From positions 480,001 through 544,000 of the forward strand of contig CAWGVS010000006.1 in assembly GCA_963826115.1 (NCBI GenBank): a stretch of 64,000 nucleotides of DNA, written 5' to 3'. Positions 40,533 to 50,770 of the stretch are shown in pieces; within the stretch, counting starts at the first letter, position 1, and every line of letters begins with the position of its first letter. The DNA comes from an uncultured Candidatus Rokubacteria bacterium. GTDB taxonomy: Bacteria; Methylomirabilota; Methylomirabilia; Rokubacteriales; DASRDR01. The notes beneath the pieces are model-generated. The model saw only the letters and a list, made by a program, of their open reading frames with translations, ran no database searches and had not been told where the DNA came from. A program made the position numbers and the translations under genes.

Positions 40533-42035
40533 ATGTTCAAGAAGCTCCTGATCGCCAACCGCGGCGAGATCGCGGTGCGCGTGATACGCGCGTGCCGGGA
40601 CGCCGGGATCCGCACCGTGGCCGTCTTCTCGGAGGCGGATCGGGACGCGCTCCACGTCCGGCTCGCCGACGAGGCGCTGCCGATCGGCCCGCCCGCGGCC
40701 GCCGAGAGCTACCTCGTGATCGATCGTCTGGTCGACGCGGCGCGCCGGAGCGGCGCGGAGGCGGTCCATCCGGGCTACGGGTTTCTGGCCGAGAACGCCC
40801 GCTTCGCCGAGGCGTGCCGCGCGGCCGGTCTCGTGTTCGTGGGGCCCCCCCCGGCGGCGATCGCGCGCATGGGCGACAAGACCGCGGCGCGCCGGGCCGC
40901 GCAGGAGGCGGGGGTGCCGGTCGTGCCCGGCACGCCGGATCCGGTCGCCTCCGACGCGGAGGCGCGCCGGGCGGCGGCGGACCTGGGTTTCCCGGTGATG
41001 ATCAAGGCGGCCCGGGGCGGGGGCGGGAAGGGCATGCGGCTCGTCGCGCACCCCGGGGAGCTCGGGTCGGCGCTCCGGCTGGCGCGCTCGGAGGCGACCG
41101 CGGCGTTCGGGGACGGCGCGGTCTACCTCGAGAAGGCGATCGTCGAGCCCCGCCACGTCGAGATCCAGGTCCTCGCCGACGCGCACGGCGCGGTCGTCTC
41201 TCTGGGCGAGCGGGAGTGCTCGATCCAGCGGCGGCACCAGAAGCTGATCGAGGAGTCGCCGTCGCCGGCCGTCGGCGTGGCCCTCCGCGCGGAGATGGGC
41301 GCGGCCGCCTGCCGGCTCCTGGCGGCGGCGGGCTACCAGAACGCCGGGACGGTCGAGTTCCTCGTCGACGCCGACGGGCGCTTCTACTTCCTCGAGGTCA
41401 ACACCCGGCTCCAGGTCGAGCATCCGGTGACCGAGCTGGTGACGGGGATCGATCTCGTCCGGGAGCAGCTCCGGCTGGCCGCGGGCGAGCCGCTCGGCTA
41501 CGGCCAGGACGCCATCGCGCCGCGCGGCTCGGCGATCGAGTGCCGGATCTCGGCGGAGGATCCCGACGCGGGATTCGTCCCGTCCCCGGGACGCATCGCG
41601 ACGTGGCGGCCGCCCGCCGGGCCGTGGGTGCGCGTCGACGCGGGCGTCTACGAGGGCGCCGAGGTGCCACTCCACTACGATCCGCTGATGGCGAAGCTCA
41701 TCGTGTGGGGCGGGGACCGCGCCGACGCGATCCGGCGGATGCGCCGCGCGCTCGACGAGTTCGGCGTCGCCGGAGTCCGGACCACCATCCCGTTCCACCG
41801 GGCCGTGATGCGCGATCCGGACTTTCTCGCCGGCCGCCTGTCGACGGGGTTCGTCGCGCGGGCCTTCGGGGACGGCCGCGGCCTCGCCGCGCCGTCGCCA
41901 GAGCGCGCCCGGGCGGCCGCGGTGGCGGCCGCGCTCCGGACGCGGGCCCGCGTGCCCGAGGCCGCGCCCCCTCCGCCCGCGCCGTCACGCTGGGCGATGG
42001 CCGGCCGGCCTGGTCCCGGCGCGCCCCGGCGATGA
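40533..42035 (+). CDS. accC: biotin carboxylase subunit of an acyl-CoA carboxylase
   Basis: KLLIANRGEIAVR, HPGYGFLAEN, GGGGKGMR, RECSIQRRHQK, EVNTRLQVEH. Confidence 0.93.
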   Translation: MFKKLLIANRGEIAVRVIRACRDAGIRTVAVFSEADRDALHVRLADEALPIGPPAAAESYLVIDRLVDAARRSGAEAVHPGYGFLAENARFAEACRAAGLVFVGPPPAAIARMGDKTAARRAAQEAGVPVVPGTPDPVASDAEARRAAADLGFPVMIKAARGGGGKGMRLVAHPGELGSALRLARSEATAAFGDGAVYLEKAIVEPRHVEIQVLADAHGAVVSLGERECSIQRRHQKLIEESPSPAVGVALRAEMGAAACRLLAAAGYQNAGTVEFLVDADGRFYFLEVNTRLQVEHPVTELVTGIDLVREQLRLAAGEPLGYGQDAIAPRGSAIECRISAEDPDAGFVPSPGRIATWRPPAGPWVRVDAGVYEGAEVPLHYDPLMAKLIVWGGDRADAIRRMRRALDEFGVAGVRTTIPFHRAVMRDPDFLAGRLSTGFVARAFGDGRGLAAPSPERARAAAVAAALRTRARVPEAAPPPPAPSRWAMAGRPGPGAPRR

Positions 42036-42553
42036 CGGGCGCCGGCCGCGGCCGGTCGCGGCTCGCCGTGCGGGTCGGCGGCACGACCTTCCTCGTCGAG
42101 GTGGACGACCTCCCGGGGGGCGGCGTGGAGGTGCGCGTCGACGGGCAGCCCGTCCGGATCGACGCCCGGCTCCCGGCTTCCGGTCCGGGCTCCCTCCTGC
42201 TGGACGGGGTTTCGTACCTCGTCGAGGGAGGGAACGGGCTCGGGGAGACGGACGTGGTGGTGGACGGCGAGGTGCTGCGCGTCCAGGTCGAGGATCTCGC
42301 CACCCGCCGTCCCGGTGCCGCAGCCGCGGCCGCAGCCGCCGGCCGGCGCCTGATCGCCCCGATGCCCGGGAAGGTCGTCGCGGTGCTGGTCGAGGTGGGG
42401 CAGTCGGTGGAGCGCGGCGCGGGGCTCGTCGTCCTCGAGGCGATGAAGATGGAGAACGAGTTCCGGGCGACCGGGCCGGGCGTGGTCAAGGAGGTCCTGG
42501 TCGCGCCGGGGCAGGCGGTGAACGCCGGGGACCTCCTCGTGGTGATCGGCTGA
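42032..42553 (+). CDS. biotin carboxyl carrier protein
   Basis: APMPGKV..LEAMKMENE biotinylation motif; ATG overlaps the accC stop. Confidence 0.9.
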   Translation: MTGAGRGRSRLAVRVGGTTFLVEVDDLPGGGVEVRVDGQPVRIDARLPASGPGSLLLDGVSYLVEGGNGLGETDVVVDGEVLRVQVEDLATRRPGAAAAAAAAGRRLIAPMPGKVVAVLVEVGQSVERGAGLVVLEAMKMENEFRATGPGVVKEVLVAPGQAVNAGDLLVVIG

Positions 42554-42568
42554 TCCCGGGGGGTTCGC

Positions 42569-42598
42569 TTGACCCCCGCGGGGCGCCCAGCATAATAT
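42569..42598 (+). promoter_or_regulatory. putative sigma-70 promoter of the peptide ABC cluster
   Basis: TTGACC followed after 16-18 nt by CATAAT/TAATAT. Confidence 0.55.
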
Positions 42599-42699
42599 CT
42601 GGCCACGTCCGAGGAGCCTTTCCGCGCGCTGTCGACCGGCCCGCCAGCGTGAAGCGCGTGGAATCACAGCGAATTCCGAGAATCGGGAGGACAGTCAGC

Positions 42700-44496
42700 A
42701 TGGAGGAGCGGGAGCTTCGGCACTGGATCGATCGGGTGAAGGACGGCACCATCACCCGTCGTAACTTTACCCGGATGATGGTCGGGCTCGGCCTGACGGC
42801 GCCGCTGGCCGCGCAGATGCTCGCCTCGGCCGGCGTGGCGCAGGCGCAGACGAAGTCGTCCTTCACGCCGACGAAGCGGGGCGGCGGCGGCACCGTGAAG
42901 GTGCTGTGGTGGCAGTCACCGACCCTCCTGAACCCGCACTTCGCGAACGGCACCAAGGACCAGGACGGCTCCCGGATCTTCTACGAGCCGCTCGCGTCCT
43001 TCGATCCCGACGGGAACCTCGCGGTGAACCTGGCGGCCGAGATCCCCACGGTCCAGAACGGCGGCATCGCCAAGGACGGGACCTCGATCACGTGGAAGCT
43101 GAAGCGCGGCGTCCAGTGGCACGACGGGAAGCCCTTCACGGCCGACGACGTCGTGTTCAACTGGGAGTACGCGACGGATCCCGCGACGGCGGCGGTGACC
43201 TCCGGCGCCTTCCCGAACGTGACGAAGGTCGAGAAGGTCGACGCCAACACGGTCAAGGTCACCTTCAACAAGCCCCAGCCGTTTCCCTACACGGCCCTCT
43301 GCGGGCCGACCGGCCAGATCATCCCGAAGCACGTCTTCGAGCAGTTCAAGGGCGCGACCTCCCGCGAGGCGCCGGCGAACCTCAAGCCCGTGGGCACGGG
43401 CGCGTACAAGTACGTCGACTTCAAGCCGGGTGACATGGTCCGGGCGGAGGCGAACCCGAACTACCACGTGCCGAACCGGCCGTTCTTCGATGCCATCGAG
43501 CTGAAGGGCGGCGGTGACGCGGCGTCGGCGGCGCGGGCGGTCATCCAGACCGGCGAGTACGACTACGCCTGGAACATGCAGGTCGAGGACGACATCCTGA
43601 AGCGCCTGGAGCAGGGCGGCAAGGGACGCGTCAACATCTCCCTCGCCGGCGACATCGAGCACATCCAGCTCAACACCACGGATCCCTGGACCGAGGTGGA
43701 CGGGGAGCGCTCGAGCGCGAAGACGAAGCACCCGTTCCTGTCGGACCCCGCCGTCCGCCAGGCGCTCGCCCTCCTGGTCGACCGGGGCTCGGTGCAGGAG
43801 CAGCTCTACGGTCGCCAGGGCCAGGCGACGTCCAACTTCCTGAACGCCCCGTCCAAGTTCAGCTCCAAGAACAACAAGTGGGAGCTGAACGTCGACAAGG
43901 CGAACCAGATCCTGGAGGCTGCGGGCTGGAAGAAGGGCGCGGACGGCATCCGCGCCAAGGACGGCAAGAAGCTCAAGATGGTGTACCAGACCTCGATCAA
44001 CGCCGTCCGCCAGAAGACGCAGGCGATCGTGAAGCAGGCCGCGGCCAAGGCGGGGATCGAGATCGAGATCAAGTCCGTGGTGGCGTCGGTGTTCTTCGCG
44101 TCCGACCCCGCGAACTGGGACACGTACCCCCACTTCGCGACGGACCTCCAGATGTACACGACGACGATGACGCATCCCGATCCGCAGCGGCTCATGGACC
44201 AGTTCACCTCCTGGGAGGTGTCGTCCAAGGAGAACAAGTGGCTCGGGCGCAACCCGACGCGGTGGCGCAACGCGGATTACGACGCCGCCTTCAAGGCGAG
44301 CGAGGCGGAGATGGACGCCGTGAAGCGCGCGGCCCTGTTCATCCGGATGAACGACCTGGTCATCCAGAACCAGGTCGTGATCCCGGTGATCTGGCGCGCC
44401 AAGGTGTCCGCGATCTCGAACCAGCTGAAGGACACCGACATCAGCGCGTGGGACTCGGACCTGGCCAACCTGGCCTTCTGGCGCCGGGAGGCGTAG
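42700..44496 (+). CDS. peptide/nickel ABC substrate-binding protein (family 5), paralogue 1
   Basis: TRRNF Tat-like signal, WHDGKPFTADDV, PVGTG.Y; GGGAGG SD. Confidence 0.9.
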   Translation: MEERELRHWIDRVKDGTITRRNFTRMMVGLGLTAPLAAQMLASAGVAQAQTKSSFTPTKRGGGGTVKVLWWQSPTLLNPHFANGTKDQDGSRIFYEPLASFDPDGNLAVNLAAEIPTVQNGGIAKDGTSITWKLKRGVQWHDGKPFTADDVVFNWEYATDPATAAVTSGAFPNVTKVEKVDANTVKVTFNKPQPFPYTALCGPTGQIIPKHVFEQFKGATSREAPANLKPVGTGAYKYVDFKPGDMVRAEANPNYHVPNRPFFDAIELKGGGDAASAARAVIQTGEYDYAWNMQVEDDILKRLEQGGKGRVNISLAGDIEHIQLNTTDPWTEVDGERSSAKTKHPFLSDPAVRQALALLVDRGSVQEQLYGRQGQATSNFLNAPSKFSSKNNKWELNVDKANQILEAAGWKKGADGIRAKDGKKLKMVYQTSINAVRQKTQAIVKQAAAKAGIEIEIKSVVASVFFASDPANWDTYPHFATDLQMYTTTMTHPDPQRLMDQFTSWEVSSKENKWLGRNPTRWRNADYDAAFKASEAEMDAVKRAALFIRMNDLVIQNQVVIPVIWRAKVSAISNQLKDTDISAWDSDLANLAFWRREA

Positions 44497-44658
44497 GCCA
44501 TACGGGGGCCTGGCCCGGCACCCCGCCGCGGCCAGGCCCCCGAGACGTCGTTCGGAAGGAGCTGTCCCAGTCGCACGGGTGGGACGCTCGGGTCACCATG
44601 GGCGTGCCGTCCCACCCATTCACGTGAACGTCGGCGGCACGCGACGGGAGGGGGAGCC

Positions 44659-46455
44659 ATGGATGAGCGCGAGCTGAGGCACTTGATCCGGCGAGTGAAG
44701 GCGGGGACGCTGACCCGCCGGCAGTTCACGCGGACCATGGTGGGCCTGGGTCTCACGGCCCCGCTGGCCGCGCAGATGCTGGCGGCGTCCGGCGTCGCCC
44801 ACGCCCAGGCGAAGCCGGCGTTCAACCCGACCAAGCGGGGCGGCGGCGGCCCCGTGAAGACCCTGTGGTGGCAGGCCCCGGTGCTCCTGAACCCGCACCT
44901 CTCGCCGGGGACGAAGGACGTCGACGCCTCCCGCATCTTCTACGAGCCCCTCTGCTCGTTCGACCCCGACGGGAACCTGCTCCCGGTGCTCGCGGCCGAG
45001 GTGCCGACCGTCCAGAACGGAGGGATCTCGAAGGACGGCACGTCGGTGACGTGGCGGCTCAAGAAGGACGTCGCCTGGCACGACGGGAAGCCGTTCACGG
45101 CCGACGACCTCGTCTTCAACTGGGAGTATGCCGCCGACCCCGCGTCGGCCGCGGTCACCTCGGGCGCCTACAAGGACATCGCCCGGATCGACAAGCTGGA
45201 CAGCCTCACCGCCAAGATCACGTTCAGCCGGCCGGCGCCGTTCCCGTTCGAGCCGTTCTGCGGGCCCACCGGCCAGGTCATGCCGAGGCACGTCTTCGAG
45301 CCGTTCAAGGGCGCGAAGTCCCGCGAGGCGCCGGGGAACCTCAAGCCGGTTGGCACCGGGCCCTACCGGATCGTCGACTTCAAGCCGGGGGACACGGTCC
45401 GGGCCGAGCTGAACCCGAACTACCACGTGGCGAACCGGCCGTTCTTCGACACCCTCGAGATGAAGGGCGGGGGCGACGCCGCCTCGGCGGCGCGGGCGGT
45501 CATCCAGACCGGCGAGTACGACTATGCCTGGAACATGCAGGTCGAGGACGACATCCTGCTCCGCCTCGAGCAGGGCGGTCGCGGGAAGGTCGAGATCGTC
45601 TACGGCGGCAACATCGAGTACATCGGGGTCAACTTCTCCGACCCCAACACCGAGGTGGACGGGGAGTGGTCGAGCCCGAAGTCGAAGCACCCGTTCTTCT
45701 CCGACCCTGCGGTGCGGCAGGCCCTGAACCTCCTGGTTGACCGGTCGGCGGTCCAGGAGCAGATCTACGGTCGTCAGGGCCGGACGAGCGCGAACTTTCT
45801 GAACGCGCCGTCCAAGTTCCGCTCGGGCAACATGAAGTGGGAGTTCAACGTCGACAAGGCCAACGCGCTCCTCGAGCAGGCGGGGTGGAAGCGGGGCGCC
45901 GACGGCATCCGGGCCAAGGAGGGCAAGCGCCTCAAGGTGGTGTTCCAGACGTCCACCAACGCGCCGCGCCAGAAGACGCAGGCGATCATCAAGCAGGCCG
46001 CCGCCAAGGCGGGGATCGAGGTCGAGATCAAGGCGGTCGTCGCGTCGGTCTTCTTCGGGTCGGATCCGGCGAACTGGGACACCTTCCCGCACTTCAAGGC
46101 CGACATCCAGATGTACACGACGACGATGACGCACCCCGACCCGCAGCGGTTCATGAACCAGTTCCTGTCCGACGAGGTGTCCTCGAAGGCCAACAAATGG
46201 TCGGGCCGCAACCCCACGCGATGGACCAACGAGGAGTACGATCGGACCTACAAGGCCGCCGAGAGCGAGATGGACCCGGTGAAGCGGGCCGCCCTGTTCG
46301 TCCGGATGAACGATCTGTTGATCCAGAACGTGGTCGTGATCCCGGTGCTCTGGCGCGCGCGGGTGGCGGCCGTGTCGAACAAGGTCCGGAACACCGAGCA
46401 GAGCCCGTGGGAGTCCGACTTCTGGAATCACGCGAACTGGTACCGGGAGGCGTAG
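44659..46455 (+). CDS. peptide/nickel ABC substrate-binding protein (family 5), paralogue 2
   Basis: TRRQF signal and the same SBP family 5 motifs. Confidence 0.9.
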   Translation: MDERELRHLIRRVKAGTLTRRQFTRTMVGLGLTAPLAAQMLAASGVAHAQAKPAFNPTKRGGGGPVKTLWWQAPVLLNPHLSPGTKDVDASRIFYEPLCSFDPDGNLLPVLAAEVPTVQNGGISKDGTSVTWRLKKDVAWHDGKPFTADDLVFNWEYAADPASAAVTSGAYKDIARIDKLDSLTAKITFSRPAPFPFEPFCGPTGQVMPRHVFEPFKGAKSREAPGNLKPVGTGPYRIVDFKPGDTVRAELNPNYHVANRPFFDTLEMKGGGDAASAARAVIQTGEYDYAWNMQVEDDILLRLEQGGRGKVEIVYGGNIEYIGVNFSDPNTEVDGEWSSPKSKHPFFSDPAVRQALNLLVDRSAVQEQIYGRQGRTSANFLNAPSKFRSGNMKWEFNVDKANALLEQAGWKRGADGIRAKEGKRLKVVFQTSTNAPRQKTQAIIKQAAAKAGIEVEIKAVVASVFFGSDPANWDTFPHFKADIQMYTTTMTHPDPQRFMNQFLSDEVSSKANKWSGRNPTRWTNEEYDRTYKAAESEMDPVKRAALFVRMNDLLIQNVVVIPVLWRARVAAVSNKVRNTEQSPWESDFWNHANWYREA

Positions 46456-46559
46456 CGAGCGGCCCCGTTCCGGGGCGGACGCCGGGCCGCGACTCGCGGC
46501 CGACCGGCAGGATACCCGGGGAGCCCGGTGGCGGGCTCCCGGAATCGGGAGGCATGACC

Positions 46560-48356
46560 ATGGATGAGCGCGACCTTCGGGCGTGGATCGGCCGGGTCAA
46601 GGACGGCACCGTCAGCCGTCGTGAGTTCACGCGGCTCATGGCGGGTGTCGGGCTGACCGCGCCGATGGCCGCCCAGCTCCTGGCGAGCGCGGGGATTCCC
46701 CGGCCGGCGGCGGCCCAGGCGAAGTTCACCCCGACCAAGCGGGGCGGGGGCGGCGAGCTGAAGACCCTCTGGTGGCAGGCGGTGAGCATCCTGAACTGCC
46801 ACCTCGCGGTCGGCGTGAAGGACAACGACGGCTCGCGACTGTTCGGCGAGCCGCTGGCGGCGTTCGATCCCGACGGCAACCTGGTCCCGGTCCTCGCGGC
46901 CGAGGTCCCGACCCTCGAGAACGGCGGCGTGGCCAAGGACGGCCTCTCCGTCACCTGGAAGCTCAAGCGGAACGTCCAGTGGCACGACGGGAAGCCGTTC
47001 ACCGCCGACGACGTGGTGTTCACCTGGGAGTTTGCCGCCGATCCGGCGACCGCCGCGACGACGGCCGGCAACTACAAGGACATCCAGCGGATCGACAAGA
47101 TCGACAGCCACACGGTCAAGATCGGGTTCAAGAACCCGACGCCGTTCTGGGCGATCTCCTTCTGCGGCCCGACGGGTCTCCTCATCCCCAAGCACGTGTT
47201 CGAGCCGTTCAAGGGCGCCAAGTCCCGGGAGGCGCCGGCCAACATGAAACCGGTCGGGACCGGCCCGTATCGCTACGCGGACTTCAAGGCCAACGACGTC
47301 GTCCGGGCCGAGCTCAACCCGAACTACCACGTGCCCAACTGGCCGTTCTTCGATCGGGTCGAGGTGAAGGGCGGCGGGGACGCGACCTCGGCGGCGCGCG
47401 CGGTCATCCAGACCGGGGAGTACGACTTCGCCTGGAACCTCCAGGTCGAGGACGACATCCTGAAGCGGATGGAGCAGGGCGGGAAGGGCCGCGTGGACTT
47501 CACCGTCTCCGGCAACATCGAGCACGTGAACGTGAACCAGACCGACCCGTGGACCGAGGTCGACGGCGAGCGCTCCAGTCCGAAGACGAAGCATCCGCTG
47601 CTCTCGGACCCGGCCGTCCGCCAGGCGCTGTCCCTCGTGATCGACCGCGGGTCCATGCAGGAGCAGCTCTACGGGCGGGCGGGCCAGGCGACCGCGAACT
47701 ACGTCAACGCCCCGAGCCGCTTCCAGTCGAAGAACATGAAGTGGGAGTTCAACGTCGACAAGGCCAACACCCTGCTGGATCAGGCGGGTTGGAAGCGCGG
47801 CGCCGACGGGATCCGGGTGAAGGACGGCAAGCGCCTGAAGCTCCTCCTCCAGACGTCGATCAACCCGCTCCGCCAGAAGGAGCAGGCGATCATCAAGCAG
47901 GGCGCAAGCAAGGCGGGGATGGACATGGAGCTGAAGACGGTGGTCGCGTCCGTCTTCTTCGGATCGGACGAGGCCAACCCGGACAACATCGGCCACTTCA
48001 GCGCCGACCTGCAGATGTACGCGTGGCAGTTCGACGTCGATCCGTACCCCTCCATGCGCGTCTTCCCGTCGTGGGAGGTCGCGACCAAGGAGAACAAGTT
48101 CTCGGGGCGCAACACGACGCGCTGGCACAACGAGGAGTTCGACCGTCTCTACAAGGCGGCCGAGACCGAGATGGACCCGGTGAAGCGGGCGGCCCACTTC
48201 ATCCGGATGAACGACCTCGTCGTGCAGAACATGGTCGTCATCCCGCTCGTCTGGCGGAACTGGGTGTCGGGGGTCGGGAACAAGCTGAAGGGCACCGAGA
48301 TCAGCGGCTGGGACTCGAGTTTCTGGAACCTGGCGCGCTGGTACCGGGAGGCGTAG
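46560..48356 (+). CDS. peptide/nickel ABC substrate-binding protein (family 5), paralogue 3
   Basis: MDERDLR..SRREF signal aligns with paralogues 1 and 2; alternative ATG at 46554. Confidence 0.9.
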   Translation: MDERDLRAWIGRVKDGTVSRREFTRLMAGVGLTAPMAAQLLASAGIPRPAAAQAKFTPTKRGGGGELKTLWWQAVSILNCHLAVGVKDNDGSRLFGEPLAAFDPDGNLVPVLAAEVPTLENGGVAKDGLSVTWKLKRNVQWHDGKPFTADDVVFTWEFAADPATAATTAGNYKDIQRIDKIDSHTVKIGFKNPTPFWAISFCGPTGLLIPKHVFEPFKGAKSREAPANMKPVGTGPYRYADFKANDVVRAELNPNYHVPNWPFFDRVEVKGGGDATSAARAVIQTGEYDFAWNLQVEDDILKRMEQGGKGRVDFTVSGNIEHVNVNQTDPWTEVDGERSSPKTKHPLLSDPAVRQALSLVIDRGSMQEQLYGRAGQATANYVNAPSRFQSKNMKWEFNVDKANTLLDQAGWKRGADGIRVKDGKRLKLLLQTSINPLRQKEQAIIKQGASKAGMDMELKTVVASVFFGSDEANPDNIGHFSADLQMYAWQFDVDPYPSMRVFPSWEVATKENKFSGRNTTRWHNEEFDRLYKAAETEMDPVKRAAHFIRMNDLVVQNMVVIPLVWRNWVSGVGNKLKGTEISGWDSSFWNLARWYREA

Positions 48357-48448
48357 CCCCCGGCCGGTCGCTCCGGGAGAACATGCCAGGACGAAGGTCG
48401 GTCGGCGCGAGCGACGGCTGAGGCGCGGGAGGCGACCGCCTAGTTCCG

Positions 48449-49408
48449 ATGGGCACGTACGTCCTCCGGCGGATCCTCACCGCGGTCCCGGTGCTCCTCG
48501 GGATCAGCCTCGTGCTGTTCACGATCCTCGCGCTGGCGCCGGGCGATCCCTTCGGCGAGCTCGCGACCAACCCCAACGTCCCGCCCGAGGTGCGGATGAA
48601 CCTCCGCAAGCAGTTCGGGCTCGACGACCCCATCGCGGTCCGGTACGGCAAGTGGTTCACCCAGATGGTCCAGGGGAACTGGGGCTTCTCGTTCGTGAGC
48701 CGGGTGGACGTCGACGTCCTGATCCGCCAGCGCCTGCCGACCACGCTGTTCGTGCTGGGCTCCGCGCAGGTGCTGGCTCTCCTGATCGCCCTGCCCGTGG
48801 GGATCCTCTCCGCCCGGCGCCCCTACTCGTTCTTCGACCAGATAGCCACGACGCTCGCGTTCATCGGGTTCTCCCTGCCGACCTTCTTCACCGGGCTGCT
48901 GTTCATCCTCCTGTTCAGCCTTTACCTGGACTGGCTGCCATTCATCTACCGGGCGGACATCCAGGCGACCGGATTCCACTGGCTCTGGGAGAACCTGAAA
49001 CAGGGCGTCATGCCGATCACGGTCCTCGGCCTGTTCCAGGGCGCGCAGCTGACGCGGTTCGTCCGGGCGTCGGTGCTGGACGTGGTCCAGCTCGACTACA
49101 TCCGGACGGCCCGATCCAAGGGGCTGGCCGAGCGCATCACGCTGATGAAGCACGGCGTCCGTAACGCGCTGATTCCGGTCGTGACGCTGCTCGCCATCCA
49201 GGTGCCCCAGATCTTCACCGGCGCCGTCGTGACGGAGCAGATCTTCCGGGTGCCCGGAATCGGCTCGCTCCTGATCAGCTCGATCCTGTCCAACGACACG
49301 CCGGTGATCATGGGGGTGACCTTCGTCTTCGCGGCGCTCGTGCTGGTCTTCGGATTGATCGCCGACATGCTCTACGGCTGGCTGGATCCGCGGATCTCGT
49401 TCCGGTGA
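48449..49408 (+). CDS. peptide ABC permease (OppB/DppB-like)
   Basis: APGDP, GLDDP, DYIRTARSKGL, RNALIP, LDPRI. Confidence 0.93.
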   Translation: MGTYVLRRILTAVPVLLGISLVLFTILALAPGDPFGELATNPNVPPEVRMNLRKQFGLDDPIAVRYGKWFTQMVQGNWGFSFVSRVDVDVLIRQRLPTTLFVLGSAQVLALLIALPVGILSARRPYSFFDQIATTLAFIGFSLPTFFTGLLFILLFSLYLDWLPFIYRADIQATGFHWLWENLKQGVMPITVLGLFQGAQLTRFVRASVLDVVQLDYIRTARSKGLAERITLMKHGVRNALIPVVTLLAIQVPQIFTGAVVTEQIFRVPGIGSLLISSILSNDTPVIMGVTFVFAALVLVFGLIADMLYGWLDPRISFR

Positions 49409-49412
49409 GGTC

Positions 49413-50357
49413 GTGATGGCGGCGAACGGCGCGACTTCAGAGGCGGTGGCGGGCCGGCTCGTGCGTGTTCGCGCCCGGAAGTCCGACTCGCTGTGGGTGG
49501 AGGCCGCGCGCCGATTCCGGCGGCACCGTCTGGCGATGGTGGGAGTCCTGATCCTCGCCGTCATGGTCGCGGCGGTGCTGGTCGGCCCGATCGTGTACCG
49601 GGTGCCGATCGACGAGATCGATTTCAAAGCCAAGCTGAAGGCGCCGTTGTGGGCCCATCCGTTCGGGACCGACGATCTCGGTCAGGACCTCCTCGCCCGG
49701 ATGCTCTACGGCGGGCGGATCTCGCTGTCCGTCGGCGTCGTCGCGATGCTCATCGGGGTCTGCGTGGGCACCGCGGTGGGGTCTATTTCCGGGCAGCTCG
49801 GCGGCTTCGTGGACAGCGCGCTGATGCGTGTGACCGACCTCTTCCTGGCGCTCCCGCAGCTGCCGATCTTCCTGCTGGTCGTTTACCTGTTCCGCGACAC
49901 CGCGAGGCGGTTTCTGGGCGTGGAGATGGGGGCCTTCGTTCTCATCGTCGCGGTGATCGGCTTCCTGCGCTGGATGCCGGTCGCCCGTCTGGTCCGGGCG
50001 CAGTTCCTGTCGCTCCGCGAGAAGGAGTTCGTCGAGGCGGCCCGGGCCCTCGGGGTGCCGACGGGCAGGCAGATCGTTCGCCACGTCCTGCCGAACGCCC
50101 TCGGGCCCGTGATCGTGGCCGGGTCGCTGGAGGTGGCGGCCGCGATCATTCTCGAGTCGACGCTCTCCTTCCTCGGCCTGGGCTTCCCGCCGGACATCCC
50201 GACGTGGGGGCGGATCCTCTTCGACGCGAAGGACAACCTCGACTTCGCGCCGCACTGGGCGATCTTCCCGGGCACGGCGATCTTCCTGGCCGTCCTGTCG
50301 ATCAACTTCATCGGTGATGGCCTGCGGGACGCCCTCGACCCGCGGAAGGTCTTCTGA
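49413..50357 (+). CDS. peptide ABC permease (OppC/DppC-like)
   Basis: HPFGTDDLGQD, GGRISL, EFVEAARALG EAA loop, GDGLRDALDP. Confidence 0.93.
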   Translation: MMAANGATSEAVAGRLVRVRARKSDSLWVEAARRFRRHRLAMVGVLILAVMVAAVLVGPIVYRVPIDEIDFKAKLKAPLWAHPFGTDDLGQDLLARMLYGGRISLSVGVVAMLIGVCVGTAVGSISGQLGGFVDSALMRVTDLFLALPQLPIFLLVVYLFRDTARRFLGVEMGAFVLIVAVIGFLRWMPVARLVRAQFLSLREKEFVEAARALGVPTGRQIVRHVLPNALGPVIVAGSLEVAAAIILESTLSFLGLGFPPDIPTWGRILFDAKDNLDFAPHWAIFPGTAIFLAVLSINFIGDGLRDALDPRKVF

Positions 50358-50513
50358 GCGGCCGTTGGCGCTGACGGTTGACGCACCGGGCCGGGGGCGA
50401 GGCGCCCCGACCTCATCGAGGTGACGGCCTCCGCGACGCGCTCGACGCGCGGAAGGCGCTGCAGGCGGCCGCTCGCTGACTCCAGCGCGTGATCGAGCCT
50501 CAGCCCGGCCCTC

Positions 50514-50738
50514 TCGATCGAAGGAGTAGCCCACGAAGACCAGGCTGTCGGGGACGCCTCCGGCGTGCGCGACACGTAGCGGGCCTGGCCTCGCTCGAGG
50601 TTCTGCCAGAGGGCATCGCACTCTTCGACCGCCCCGCACCGTGGGCGGCGGGGCTCCGAAGTACCTCGACACCTCCTCGTCGGTGAGGGGCGCCGCGCGG
50701 CGCATTGCCGGCGCCGCGCTCGCGCGCTCGATGTCGAC
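50514..50738 (-). pseudogene. 5'-truncated, doubly frameshifted gene remnant ending GYSFD
   Basis: Reconstructs as VDIERASAAP..LTDEEVSRYFGAPPPTVR / AVEECDALWQNLERGQARYV / AHAGGVPDSLVFVGYSFD by switching frame twice; no start codon or SD. Confidence 0.45.
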
Positions 50739-50770
50739 TCGATGCGGGGCAGGAGGCGACCGCGGGGCGG

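Noticed and set aside
42700-48356. Long near-identical DNA blocks recurring about every 1.9 kb
   Set aside because: Explained by three paralogous SBP genes, not by CRISPR or a mobile element
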